Source: Phoronis australis (Eukaryota > Animalia > Phoronida). From it: a DNA stretch of 64,000 nt. The notes below the pieces were generated by a model that was given only the letters and a program-made list of their open reading frames with translations, was not told the origin of the DNA and searched no databases. The stretch is taken from assembly GCA_002633005.1 (NCBI GenBank), contig NMRA01000461.1, forward strand, positions 167,861 to 231,860, read 5' to 3'. Positions 25,806-38,350 of the stretch are shown here, in pieces. The position numbers and the translations under genes are program-made. The first letter of the stretch is position 1. Each line of letters starts with the position of its first letter.

Positions 25806-26144
25806 GGAACTATCTCAACTTCTTATATATAATCATAATGGAACTATCTCAACTACTATATAATCATAATGGAACTATATCAACTACTTACATATAATCA
25901 TAATGGAATTATCTGAACTACATGTACTTATATATAATCATAATGGAACTATATCAACTACTTATATATAATCACGATGGAACTATCTCAACTACTTATA
26001 TATAATCATAATGGAACTATCTCAACTACTTATATATAATCATAATGGAACTATCTCAACTACTTATATATAATCATAATGGAACTATCTCAACTACTTG
26101 TATATAATTATAATGGAACTATCTCAACTACTTATATATAATCA
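25806..26144. repeat. Minisatellite, ~34-bp unit, about 10 copies
   Basis: Head-to-tail AATCATAATGGAACTATCTCAACTACTTATATAT with small indels and no spacers. Confidence 0.95.
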
Positions 26145-27044
26145 ATATGCATTCTGATAACATGATCATCAAGTCGATCGGTGTATACAATAACTGCAGT
26201 TTTATGGGTGTGTGCGTATACGTAGATGCATGTGCACAGAAACTAGTATTGTTTGTTTAGAATATTGAAATTTGTATTTGGCTATTCACGTTGGACATAG
26301 TTGCATAGGAAACAGCTTGAGTCATTGCATAGTCAATAAGTTTCTACAACAATGTTTTTGTAATATCTTGAAAGTACAGCAAAGGAGCAAACGCTCATCT
26401 TATGTGGAACTGGAGAGGGTATTTTATTTCCATTGATGATTTTAATGTAAACAGTGAGTTGCCGTGACTGATGCGTAAAAAGGAATCTAATCCCTTAAAA
26501 CCATAGACTAAAACCAAAAATTATGTCTCTATTTCAATTATTGAGGAAATTATATTTATGTTGGTGATTTCGAAACGTCGTGGGGGCCACCTTGGATATG
26601 ACGCAGTTTTAACCCATTTCCGCTGGTCAGATTTTGTTGACTTTTTCCTGTTAATGAGGATACCCAGTAGAGCGTTAAACCACTGTAAAACCTTTTTGTT
26701 GCAATTTGTTGTGGGTCAGGTGGTATATTGACTCGATAATGCATTACTGCTTTTGCATAACTATAGTCTTTTTATTTTGCTTCACAAACTCACAATTCCC
26801 TTAAAACATGCTAAAGGAATAAAGACTACACATGTACACCGATTGAAGTCTTCTCTTTTCTGTTTGATTCATTAAGAGTCACTGTGCTACACCTTGCCAT
26901 AGCGTACGCGTACGACTATTGTCTAGAACTACTTGCAAGCGAAAGAAAACGAAACGACGCCAAACGTTTTTACCGGTAGACGTATAGAAATGCTAATGGT
27001 GTTCAGTTAGTGTAATTATTGACCTTGCACTTGCTTCATTTCAG

Positions 27045-28848
27045 GCCATGTGCTATCTGGGAAGTGGTGCAGCATTTCGAGACCTTCTGCAAATAACAGC
27101 CCGGTCACATACGCGTCTAGCAATTTGTTCGCCTGGGCCATTAGGAAGTTGACGGGAATTATGATTGTGAGATACTTGATGACACTTAGCGATCACCACT
27201 TGCCTAATTCCTGCGCTCTCTTCTGTGTATCTCATATCTGCGATGATTGCAGCGCAAGGTTTAATTCTTGGTGCATACGAGCCGAGTGAGTAAACTATGA
27301 GCCCTTGTAAACCACGCCCCGTGCCTGGGGTCTAGTCTTGTACTGTACTTCGTACACGAATTTTGACAACTTGCCAATTGTTTTCGTGCAAACTCACGGT
27401 CGTTGTATATTATTCTGTGGCAGATGATTTATGCATATGAGTTTTTAATCAAAGTTTGCCTTTCTGATTCTAATAAAACCTTCAAGTTCATAACTCAAGT
27501 ACTTGCTTTATTGCTGTGGTCATCAAGTGCAAAATTGAATTTGACACTAATTCACACCAGCCGTCGAGTAATCGAGCATAGACTAATAGGAGCTTATCTT
27601 GAGTTAAAATAAAACTATAATAGAAAATGTCAACAATAACGTCAAAATTCGCTTAGCTGACCGACTAAACACAGACAAGGAGATCTGAAGTCATAATGGA
27701 AGTAGAAAAAGAAGATGTTTTAAAGTATCGTTTATGCCTTGTTTGAAGGTAATCATCAATTGTTCCTGGCCAGACGTCCCTTCAACCCGTGTGTCTTTTC
27801 CAGGTTTGACGACAACTTTAGCTAAATTTGGAGGAAGGCATCGAGAGCTGCTCCTGCAAACCGAAAACATGCTGAAGCTCTGGGGACCAATTGTTGGGAC
27901 CTTGATAATACGGCAACTTGTGTCCAACAAACTGACCGGAGTAGACTCGTGCAATCGCAAATCTTGGTTAGTAACACTAATGTGAAAAATCCACGCTTGT
28001 TTTCTCAAGACTTCCAACAGTCGACTGCTCAGCGCTGGACGTAATCTCATGTCACTTACGCTAACGTTACACTTGGAAGTCCGTGCCTGTTTTCAACCGG
28101 GGCATTTTTGTTAGATATGCGTTGACTAACGTTGTCAGTGGGAACGACTATGCCAATTCTGAGGCGGACATGAAACAGTTAAAAGTTTTAAGTGAAATAT
28201 TCCTCAAGTATCCAGTGATTGGAATGACCGTCATTGTTTTTGTTATGACCATATGCTGGACTGGCCTTCAAAATCCTTTATGAACATCTTCACAACATTT
28301 GTATTCATTCTAAGTCACAAATTCCCAAAGCGGAAGCGGTCTACATGGCATCGGTAATGTTCGTCGGATCTGCATTTGGAAGTGCAAATGCTATCTGGAT
28401 TTCAAAACTAATAAGGTCGTTTGAGATGATGACTGTAAGCATGTCAGCAGTAGCAGTCATATCATTGTTGTTATGTATTTTTGGGGAACATAACAGAATT
28501 CTCGTTTGGATTTCGTCAGCGAATGTTGGCTTCTTTAGCAGTTCGGTACTTCCTTCCATTACGTTATTTTCTTTAGCCAACATTGCTGAACATCCAATCG
28601 TAATAAATATCTGCAAAGGAGGTCAGTCACTGGGGGATGTGTTATTTCCATCTGCAGTAGCTCTGGCGTTTGATGCGATTGGACAGATGGCATTAATTTA
28701 TGTAATCTACATGTATGGCGCAGCCATGGTATCATTAGTGTTATTGTGTCCGCTGTATCTGCTGGCAAAGTATTCGCCTCAATCCGCCGAACAAAAGGAC
28801 CAAGAGTTGCTCACGATCGTAGACAAAAAACCAAAGTGTTCAAAATAA
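27045..28848 (+). pseudogene. MFSD4-like (sodium-dependent glucose transporter 1-like) MFS transporter, disrupted
   Basis: Exon 27045-27285 (CAG/GTGAG) reads AMCYLGSGAAFRDLLQIT / VTYASSNLFAWAIRKLTGIMIVRYLM / LAITTCLIPALSSVYLISAMIAAQGLILGAYEP in shifting frames. The phase-matched terminal exon starts at 27804 and has multiple TM helices, KAEAVYMASVMF, GFFSSSVLPS, GQSLGDVLFP, with stops and frameshifts near 27985 and 28280-28310. Confidence 0.75.
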
Positions 28849-31126
28849 ACCTGATCGTCTTAGAAATGAGTAACGTCAAAACACATGGAACTTTTAAACT
28901 ATTTAATTTGGGCAATGCAAGGATTTATTTATGCAGTCAATTAGCTTGAGTCTTTGCGTGATGGATTCTCACAACTAACGACAGTGTAATTACTAGAACT
29001 GTGTGAGTTCCCCAGAACACTATCAATACCAACAGCGCGGAACGGATGACGTGCAATGCAAGTCTCGTTGTTTTTTGAGAATGGAAACTGCAAAAGTTCT
29101 TCTAAATTTCACAGTGCACTGAAATGACTGCGTGAGTTTTGTTCAGGTCAAGACACCTCTTTTAACCCTCTTGAATAAGGATGCAAGGTAGTGATATGCA
29201 GTGTACTCATTTTAGGTCAGACATTGCCTTTGAATGAGATACATAGACCGGATAACTACTTGTGCATTTATTTTCGTATATAAAAATGTTTATTGACACA
29301 TGTATATGTATACATGATAAATGATTTGCGATTTTCAATAAATCATGTAGGCAGTGTTTATATCTTTTCCAGGTACAGAAGTAATTTGATTCTTGAGCAG
29401 AAATGATGCCTATAGTACCTTCCTATACAAAGGACATATAATTTCAAAAAATTAAAAATACCTTGTAAATTAAATCAATTTACTATTTTGTGTCATCAGC
29501 GTCAGGACCATGGGTCTCACGTTTTTACTAGACATCGAATTTAGCATACTTTTATGCACATTCAAGTTGAGTGTTCATTATTCTACGGCCGAGATGACTG
29601 TGGGCATGTGATGGTTCCTGATTTAAGGATAAAGCCAATTGTCTGAACTAAAAAAAATGTTTTTTTTTTCTCAAAACCGGAAGTTTCTTCTCGAGCATGT
29701 TTCTTCAGTCTAGGGTCATCAAATGCAAACTTAGACGAGAATCTCAAGCGCATAACACATAATGTACTCGATCAGTTATCTTGAGTTCGCACAAACGGTT
29801 AAATGAATCGTGATTTGTCGCCTGCCGGAACATGAACTTTTGCGACCCCATTCTTGCGTGACGCTTAACCCCGTGGACATGTGGGTGCAGGTAGTCACCG
29901 AGCTGTGCTAATAGCTTTCCATGCCACGATAGTTTGAAGACTTCACAGGTCTTCACAAGCAAAACGTCCGTCGCAATTGATGTTGTATTCCCAGTCATTG
30001 CTGTAAGGTATTTGCTTGTGACGCTGGATCTGTCAGTGCAAGTTAATAGAAACATTTACACTTAAATTGTACCTTTGACTCAACTCGGTTGACTTTTTGT
30101 AATCCGTGCCTGGGTATTGTTCTTTTATTATCACAAACATTTTAAATCTGGTCTTCACGCCAAGCATTGGCTACATCACGTGACCTAATGAAAACAAGTC
30201 CGAACAGAATTCTGCCATCAAACAGATTTAAAATGTTTTGTAATCTATATTCCCAATGTTCTGAAGAGTTGCACCGATTCAAGAATATTCTACAATCATT
30301 CTACAAACATACATGTACATTTGTATACAACGTTCTAGAATGTTCCGGACCACAGCTCTATGTTAGTCACTAATATGCTGGATTTACTAGAATGTTCTCT
30401 AGAATTCTGCAGTAAACGAATTACATCATCAAATGCCTGACCTCACAGGACATTGGAATCAAGTGCTTTCTGCTAGCATACAAAAAGAATAACAAAATAA
30501 CCCTTCTAGAACTAAGGCCAGTGCCAGTCTAGGCCTACTCCTGACGCCTTGAGATCACTCAGTTCCCAAGCAAGCAACAATACATTGACCAGGTCGTTAC
30601 TCAAAATTTTTTCATTGGTTTCCACTCTGACATGACTCTGTTTGGTCCCATGATTTCCCTGAGCCAACTGCGACCAAATGAACTAAGCTCATATGTCGGC
30701 ATTAGCGCCAGGAATAGCCCGTGCTGCTATCCATCAAATGCAACAGCGGCCTCCTCTCGACTGCAGAGTGTTAATTGCAAGTAAGTGTACATTTTATTCT
30801 CGAAAAATTCAATTCCCGTTCGTTTTCCCAAAAATGTCATTCGAAAACAATTTTGCTTAAAGGCGAAGGCAACCTTTTTTCATGTCATTTTGAGCTAAAA
30901 TAAGGTTGGTTGGTTATCCTAGACATATTATCCACTTAATTACAGCTTTTCGTAATTTTGTTAATTACTCGTCTGCTACTCCGGAAGTGACGTTTTAGGA
31001 GTCAATCATTTCGCGCCAATTTCTTTTCATATAGTCTTGACTGTGAGATCTGCCAAGTCAGTCATTGTTCTACCTCGGTTGTGTTAAGTAACGTCGTCGT
31101 TTGCTTTCATTTACTAGTGAGTCAAA

Positions 31127-31925
31127 ATGCCACACTGTTGCTGCGTACCGGGATGTACTAATTATCGTCTCACACGCGCTTTGGGAATACCTTAGCATCG
31201 CTTTTCGATGGATGACACACTTCGCCGTACTTAGCTCGTTCGTGTGAAGAACGCAGCGTTACCCGTCCACGCAACGTACAAAGCAGTCGAGAATGTCCGT
31301 GTGTGTGGCAAGCACTTTCTGCCGTCCGATAACGAAAGGGATTTGTACGCTGAACTGATGAAGGTCCCTGCGAGACAACGCCTGAAGAAGGATGCCATTC
31401 CGTCTCTGTTGATTCCCGACAGTGCCCCGTCGCCAACCCCGAGAAGTGCGTTTTTGAAGAGTGAACCCTCGCGAGCTGTGGCCAGTACAGTGACTGGAGC
31501 CAGTGGAGGCACTTCATCCACTGTCACCCGTGCCTCCGAACGTACCCCAGAGCGTGCCATTCCTGGAAACGGTAGTGATTCGCCCTGTGCTGTTTTCTCC
31601 AGCCCAGAGCCTCTAACCAGCCCTGCAGCGATATTGAGTAGTGGGAGTGATTACAGGCCCAGTTCAACACCCAGTGAAGAGGACAGTTCGTCTTCCAGTG
31701 AACAGATCGATGAGCCAAACTTTGGTAAGTTTGTTGTGGACTTGTCTAAAGTATTGGAGCTATTTAGAAGGTGCCAGGTGTGTGACGAGGGAGTCACACG
31801 ACACGATGTAAGCAGTTTGGGTGCTCAGGTCACCATCCAGTGGGAGTGTGTCGCGGGACATTCTGGCAAGTGGGACAGTTGTTCCTCTCTCCGTGGTATG
31901 CCGGAGGTCCACTTAGCCGTGTCCA
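31127..31925 (+). pseudogene. THAP-domain transposase N-terminal half, catalytic domain deleted
   Basis: MPHCCCVPGCTNY..IP*HRF..RRT*LVRV..RVCGKHF..RLKKDAIPSL is a C2CH THAP with two in-frame TAGs, one at the conserved Trp. Followed by a Ser-rich linker and LELFRRCQVC..WECVAGH..WDS zinc-ribbon region. Confidence 0.88.
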
Positions 31926-32220
31926 GTAGTGGCTTGGCCTCGTCGAACTCTGAACAGCACAAGCATTCCACAGAGGTAGGCATAACAACGCACAAAGTGC
32001 GTTTGCACCAAGATGTGTCACCACATCTGTCCTCAGTAGCCGCCTGGTTTCTCTCAACAGCTGCCTGTGCCTGTGCGTACTCTGCCTCGTTATACTCGGG
32101 CTCAAGCATGTACCCACCCACTGAATGTCCGTGAAAAAATTCCTCGTCACCACTGCTGTGAACAAGGTCTCCGTCACTCACAGTACTGTCCCTGTGATAC
32201 GGGTCACCGACTCCAGCCAT
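31926..32220 (-). pseudogene. KolX / P2X7 C-terminal ballast-like Cys-rich protein, 3'-truncated
   Basis: From ATG 32220: GYMLEPEY..EDRCGDTSWCKRTLCVVMPTSVECLCCSE matches the WCxCxxCxxMPTxxECxCC motif of P2X7-ballast-like proteins (recognised from memory). Confidence 0.8.
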
Positions 32221-33509
32221 TTTCAGCTTACAGCACACTAAACAATCCCTAAGTCCAATGTAGTTGAGTTCTCTACTAACCTATCTTGCCGCAGAATACT
32301 CGGCGATGGAAAGTGGTGGCGACAATTGTTGAAAAACAGCACAAAACAAAAGTAGAATAGAACAGATTCGCACTGTAAACTCAACGCAAAACTAAGTGGC
32401 GGGAAACGCTTGTCTCCTAAAACGTCACTTCTGCAGTAGAGGACGAGTAATTAATAAAATTACGAAAAGCTGTAATTAAGTGGAAAATATGTCTAGGATA
32501 ACCAACCAACTTTATTTTAGCTCAAAATGACATGAAAAATGTTGCCTTCGCCCTTAACCCGGTATTTCTGAAAGAGCCTGTACATGTAGGTTATCCAAGA
32601 AGCGTACACAGATAGCAACCGGCAAAAGTAAATCGGTATAGGGCGTCATGAAACCGGAAGTTATTTTAGGAACCAATCTCTCTACGTGCACATGCATGGA
32701 ACACGACTTGAAAAATGTCCTGTTTCATGGCATGTCTCGATCAGATTGAAGGCCGTTAGCCCTGGTCCCAGGATTTTTTTGTGTACTTGTTTGTAAAAAA
32801 GTACAGCTGCTTGCGTGGGTTAGTCATCGTTGTATATAATGTACTTGATATGCCAATACTAGTTCAAACACTAATTTTAGTGCTTTTCAAAGTGAGATCT
32901 GTGATTTCATAAATTAAATGTTATTTAAGAATGCTATAAATAGGACGAATAAAAGAGAGTGTCTGATAGTATTGTAAACCCGAAATTTCACATGTATTCA
33001 ATAGAAGCATTATTTCCGTATCTGCATGTAGTTGACTTACGTGTAGGTGGCAATTATTGAAGAAGTGACCTGGTATCCCCGAGTCTGAATCACGCCGTGC
33101 CTGCTGGCGTAAACATGGCGTAATGCACTGAACGTTCACTTCTGAAAAGTTTGCAAGTTGTTGACTTTCTATCTGTAAAAGAAAACGTGCCTGGATACCC
33201 TGTTAAGGAGAAGGGGTAACAACCACCCACTAAATGTTCATTATACTTTGGGTTGGAGACATCGAACACTTGACATTTTTGACGAAATAAAACCGATCTG
33301 TTAGACGACACAAAATGGATTTATAATCTGCGTAAAATCTTAATTTTAATCACTTTCAGAAGTAGGCCCATTTTCATGGTTTCTGAAAACCTTACCAAGT
33401 AGTGTAGAGATACATGTATAGGAGATTTCACTGTGAGTTCGCTGTTATCGCTACCACTAGCGCCGAGAAGTGGTGAATAAGCAACGGTCATGTAGGAAGG
33501 GCGAGAACA

Positions 33510-34105
33510 ATGAAAAGACGTATTTTGCAGCGCAATAAATTGCACTAATTCATCCACGAAAACCCCAGACGTATCATTTTTTAGGTTTCCTAGGGATCCA
33601 GAAAGTAAGGATTATCTGATATTCAATGATATGATACATTGTCAGTCAAGTTAGGGGATATGTGGGTCTCTGTGAAAAGGTGAAAAAATCGTCATAATTT
33701 TAATGTATGGGTTAGCCCAAGTTATGCAAAACCAGTAAGTCAATGAAAACTTAATTCTTTGCGCCAATGACGCGGGACACTGCCCTAAAAGTATCCATGG
33801 ATCGACATTTGAGTCCTAGTATTTTGGTTGATACCAAGACGGCACAAGAACAATAGGACAGGACTTCTGTAGTGTAGTGTAGGCTATCAGTCTTCTATGG
33901 ACCTGGTGAGTATGAGGTTTGTTCCTGAGTCTCTCATTACGCTGGTAGGCGACCTAATGAATTGAGATGCAGCTTACTTGTCCAAGAACAGCTCTCGTTA
34001 TGCTCTTGTTACTTCGAGGAGTCCATGTTCATGAATGCTCGTATGAAGAATAAACTGGTATGTAATGCAGTGCCAGCAGTATTTGATATCTCGAATTCAC
34101 AACAA
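33510..34105 (+). pseudogene. Intron-split THAP domain relic (DNA transposase derived)
   Basis: FCSAINCTNSSTKTPDVSFFRFPRDPE then GTAAG donor at 33605. Second half LCSCYFEESMFMNARMKNKLVCNAVPAVFDI at ~33990-34090, with His replaced by Tyr and the ATG out of frame. Confidence 0.75.
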
Positions 34106-34400
34106 ACGAGGATGTCTATCGTTCTCCGGAAATGTTGCATATTACGGCTCTGGAATAGACTTTTTTGCATGTCTGATTATCGTCTCACAAATCAAGTACT
34201 GAGACATCACGTGTATAAAGGACAATTAGTCAAACCCTATTTTTCAAATGTTTACAAGGTCGATCAGAATGAACCATTTTATAAAAGAATAGCCTTTGGG
34301 TTGTTGAGAGCAAAAGATGGATCTTTCAGAGTCTGAATGGAGGACTGGATGTTTGATAAACCCAAGTTATCAGAATCATTTTGCTTCTCCTCTGTGAGTA
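34106..34400 (+). mobile_element. Possible LINE ORF2 C-terminal fragment
   Basis: LRLWNRLFCMSDYRLTNQV and a downstream KPKL resemble the post-RT region of non-LTR elements. Weak. Confidence 0.35.
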
Positions 34401-35534
34401 TATTATTTTATTTATAACGCATTTCTTTGGCAAAAAAGCTGTTGTTTATTAGTGAATTAATACAGAGTGAGAAGATTGGTCAAACTTTCATGTTGTTTTG
34501 GTGTGTGTGTGTGTGTTGCCTATTTAGAATGTTTTGGAGATTGTGATTCATTTTAGCCTCAGCTGTGGCTAGGAAACATATATGCTCTTGTGGTCAGGCT
34601 TTAACTTACATTAAATGTTTACCGTTATTGATAATAGGTACAGTGGGTATATATTGGTCTTGTTATGCAAGACTTCTTAGTTCAAATTTGCGTGAAGTTT
34701 GGTGGGTAGTGAATATTTTGAATGCTGATAAGTACCTCTTAATTTTTTTTTTCATGACATTTTGAACATTGACTAGTTATGAGTGATGATATATTACTAA
34801 ATGTGACTACGTTTTGTAAGTTGTGAGCTAGTCTACAGATTAGCAACTGACTATCGGTGATTAAAGTTTGAGAGTGCGGAGTTAACCATGTACTGTCACG
34901 TCACTAAAAATTATGGGATGTGAGAGTGCATTAAAGTGGATTACATGTTTGTGGTAGTGATGAATTGCCCTGCTTTCTTCTTCTTACTTGTGTAACACCC
35001 ACTGCATAAAACAGTTGTCTGCATTGCTACTATCCTGGTGCAATAAATAGGGAACAGATGCGAAATTGTTGGGTGAAGATGAAACCAGCAGTGAGCTGGG
35101 AGAAACATGTTGCTGATAGTCAGAGGAGCAACTAAAATTTGTGACAATGGGAGGGCTCAACACTCATTTGTTTTTACCTGCAACCCCTCCTAGCAGGGGG
35201 TCAACACCCGTTTGTCGTCCACTTTGTTTTTTTCCGAAGCTAAATTAATATTGCTTATTTGCCGCTTGGGGAACTAGGGTTTTGACCGATAACGATTCAG
35301 GTGTATAACAAGAAGACAGTGAACTCTCCAATACGTCTACACTTCTTGGCCTTACACTCATTTCAAGTATAGAATCATGAGTTGCGTGTTGCCCTCTTGA
35401 ATCAGGCGTTAACAGTTTTGATACCTCGGTTAAATAGGATATAAATGGTAAAAGTAATATTTCATCATTACGCCTTGGGAATGATGAAGACGTGATCCCT
35501 TCATTAATACTAGTTAATTCATGAAAGTAATCTG

Positions 35535-36776
35535 ATTTTCCTCAAGCTGCTTATACAGTGTATATGTCACATGAAATCAACAGGTGTTAAGCTGTCAAGT
35601 TAAATACTTAGTTTATGGAAGATGATTCATTTTAAATAAACACTTAAAACCTTAGTTAAAACCTAAGCCCAATTGGTCTTTCGACATGCAGGCCTTGATA
35701 TTTTTAACGAAAGTGAATTCAACACTACATTATGTTTCTTTAGTTCTGGTGGTGAAAAGAGTTGTTGACTCAGGAATTGACCACACTCCAAACTGGCCGT
35801 TATATATGTACAGTAATTAGCAAAGAGTTTCTTTGATACACGAGCCAGGCTCAGTCATTGCTCAGTCACTGAACATTAAAACTGTTTTGATTAGTGAAAA
35901 ATCTTGGATTTGATCGTCATATTAGGTTTGAAAGTCACTGTAAAGACGATGCTTGAACGTGTAGTCTCGTCGCACTGGGAGGGTACAGTATACATTGTAT
36001 GCGATATAGTAGGTCAAATCCTTGGACGCGTGAACCTTGCAAGAAACGGGAATCACGATAGACTGAGCGAAAAAGTTCATGCAATACAACTGGAGTACTT
36101 TCTACGGTAAATTGATCTTTGGTGCTCTAAAATTCCGGATACGGTAGTGGCAATAACANATTTTCCTCAAGCTGCTTATATATGTCACATGAAATCAACA
36201 GGTGTTAAGCTGTCAAGTTTGATACTTAGTTTATGGAAGATGATTCATTTTAAATAAACACTTAAAACCTTAGTTAAAACCTAAGCCCAATTGGTCTTTC
36301 GACATGCAGGCCTTGATATTTTTAACGAAAGTGAATTCAACACTACATTATGTTTCTTTAGTTCTGGTGGTGAAAAGAGTTGTTGACTCAGGAATTGACC
36401 ACACTCCAAACTGGCCGTTATATATGTACAGTAATTAGCAAAGAGTTTCTTTGATACACGAGCCAGGCTCAGTCATTGCTCAGTCACTGAACATTAAAAC
36501 TGTTTTGATTAGTGAAAAATCTTGGATTTGATCGTCATATTAGGTTTGAAAGTCACTGTAAAGACGATGCTTGAACGTGTAGTCTCGTCGCACTGGGAGG
36601 GTACAGTATACATTGTATGCGATATAGTAGGTCAAATCCTTGGACGCGTGAACCTTGCAAGAAACGGGAATCACGATAGACTGAGCGAAAAAGTTCATGC
36701 AATACAACTGGAGTACTTTCTACGGTAAATTGATCTTTGGTGCTCTAAAATTCCGGATACGGTAGTGGCAATAACA
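35535..36776. repeat. Tandem duplication of ~620 bp around N36159 (probable assembly artefact)
   Basis: 35535-36158 is nearly identical to 36160-36776; the junction is a single N. Confidence 0.9.
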
Positions 36777-38256
36777 AATGCGATAAGCCAATTGCACTGA
36801 TTAACTAATCGAAATTTGTAGATAAACGTTTCCCGACATATTACAGTGGGTAAAAACCTGCAATTGAAATATGCACATCGATTGAATATATGTAGTTCAT
36901 ATTAAGGAACACGATACATTGGATCCTTTTTATGATCGTCATGCTCCTAAAAAGTAGACGCTGGAAAACAACATCATTCATGACAAAAAGACAATGTTAT
37001 TTCCAGCACCTGTTTGAATAGTTTTCAACATTCGATAATTAAAAAACGGGACAACTGGATTGAAAAGCGGGACATCCGAAAAAACGGGACATAAGGGTCT
37101 ATACCAAAACGCCGCCACACACGAAAACGTCCTGACAACGTTCTTTGGGCGAATGGAAATTCGCAGGTGTCGCAAAAAACACAAAACCCGCGTTTTTTCA
37201 TTTTAATCGAATTGGAAAATAGTAGTTCTTCAAATGGTACATCGCGATAGTGTATGATAATATGTCAATTTCGCCTTGTGTCAAAAATAGGATATTGTTT
37301 ACAGTCGTCTGGTTGATCAATTAAAAAAACACAAAGCCGTTATATGAAATCGAAAACGGAACATGCAAGAAACGAAGCCAACAATTGCACCACGCAGACA
37401 AGCGTGCAAACATATTTCATTTTACTGTGTGCCGAATGAAAAAACCCAGGATCTCGATAAATAGCTGCTATTTCAGGTTGTTGGTTTGTTATGTCTGTTG
37501 ATAATTTACTTGATCATAACTGTACGTCTGATGATTGAAACCTAACCAGAAGATGCAAACGAATGTCTTTGAAGCTACGCATGCATCCAATAGAAATTAC
37601 AGTCGTGGTTTTGGTCAGGTATGCATTGTATAGCTGTTTTTCTCACGACCGCAATGTTTTGGATAAATGTCTTTGTGGTTTTAAACGCAACCATCCCACA
37701 CTTACGTACGCAGATGACACCTGTCTGTTATATCCGTTGCACGTTTTTAGAAATAGACTCAATGAACGACTGTCAGTATATTCAGAAGTCTACAGAACGT
37801 TTTTGATTGGCTAAATACTAATAAATCATAGCCAAACACAAGAAAAACTAAGTTTTTGACATTTCGTGGAACTGATAGCCATACAATTGGGAATCACTAT
37901 GAGATCGTTTTACAATATGTAGTCAATAATCCGTCCTAAAAGACAAAGTTTCAATTGCTCAATATTATGTAATGACCCATACTTTTCCAAGCAAATTTAC
38001 AGACAAAATCGACACACCAAGTTTACACGCTTTTTTCTCTGTTTAACACAACTTACATTGAGTACATAAAGGTCATAATGTAAAGTATTTTCGCACATGT
38101 ATAGGCCTACTTCTTGATGACAAATACAAATCAGGGATAATACGACAATACCACTTAAATTTCAAAATTGTGACTTGTAACGGAAACAAAGCATTCGAAC
38201 ACGTGTTATACGCATTGCGAAAACTCAGTTTAGTTCTTAAGTGTTGACGGGTACAC

Positions 38257-38350
38257 AGTGTGGACGAATGGTTGAGCTTCAATTCTCCAATCTTACGATC
38301 GCAGGTTCAAACCCCAGTAGACCATTCTACTTGACCGTTGAATAAAGACT
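38257..38350 (+). repeat. tRNA-derived SINE head
   Basis: A box TGGACGAATGG and B box GGTTCAAACCC at tRNA spacing, with no intact acceptor stem. Confidence 0.5.

Larger units (their letters stand above)
30861..32553 (+). mobile_element. Kolobok-type DNA transposon, internally deleted (1693 bp)
   Basis: ~140-bp TIRs (AGGCGAAGGCAAC...CGTTTTAGGAG at 30861-31001, inverse at ~32414-32553), TTAA on both flanks (30857-30860 and 32554-32557), convergent THAP-transposase and KolX-like ORFs. Confidence 0.9.

Noticed and set aside
25806-26144. 34-bp repeat array as a CRISPR array
   Set aside because: Units are contiguous with no unique spacers, no cas genes are present, and the context is eukaryotic.
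31244-32134. 296-aa ORF as an intact host gene
   Set aside because: The real start is 31127 with two in-frame stops, the last ~70 codons are antisense KolX, and it lies inside TIRs.
35904-36728. Two identical 68-aa ORFs as a duplicated gene
   Set aside because: Product of the N-centred duplication; no recognisable motif.
38257-38330. Functional tRNA gene
   Set aside because: A and B boxes are present but acceptor and anticodon stems do not pair convincingly; treated as a SINE head.
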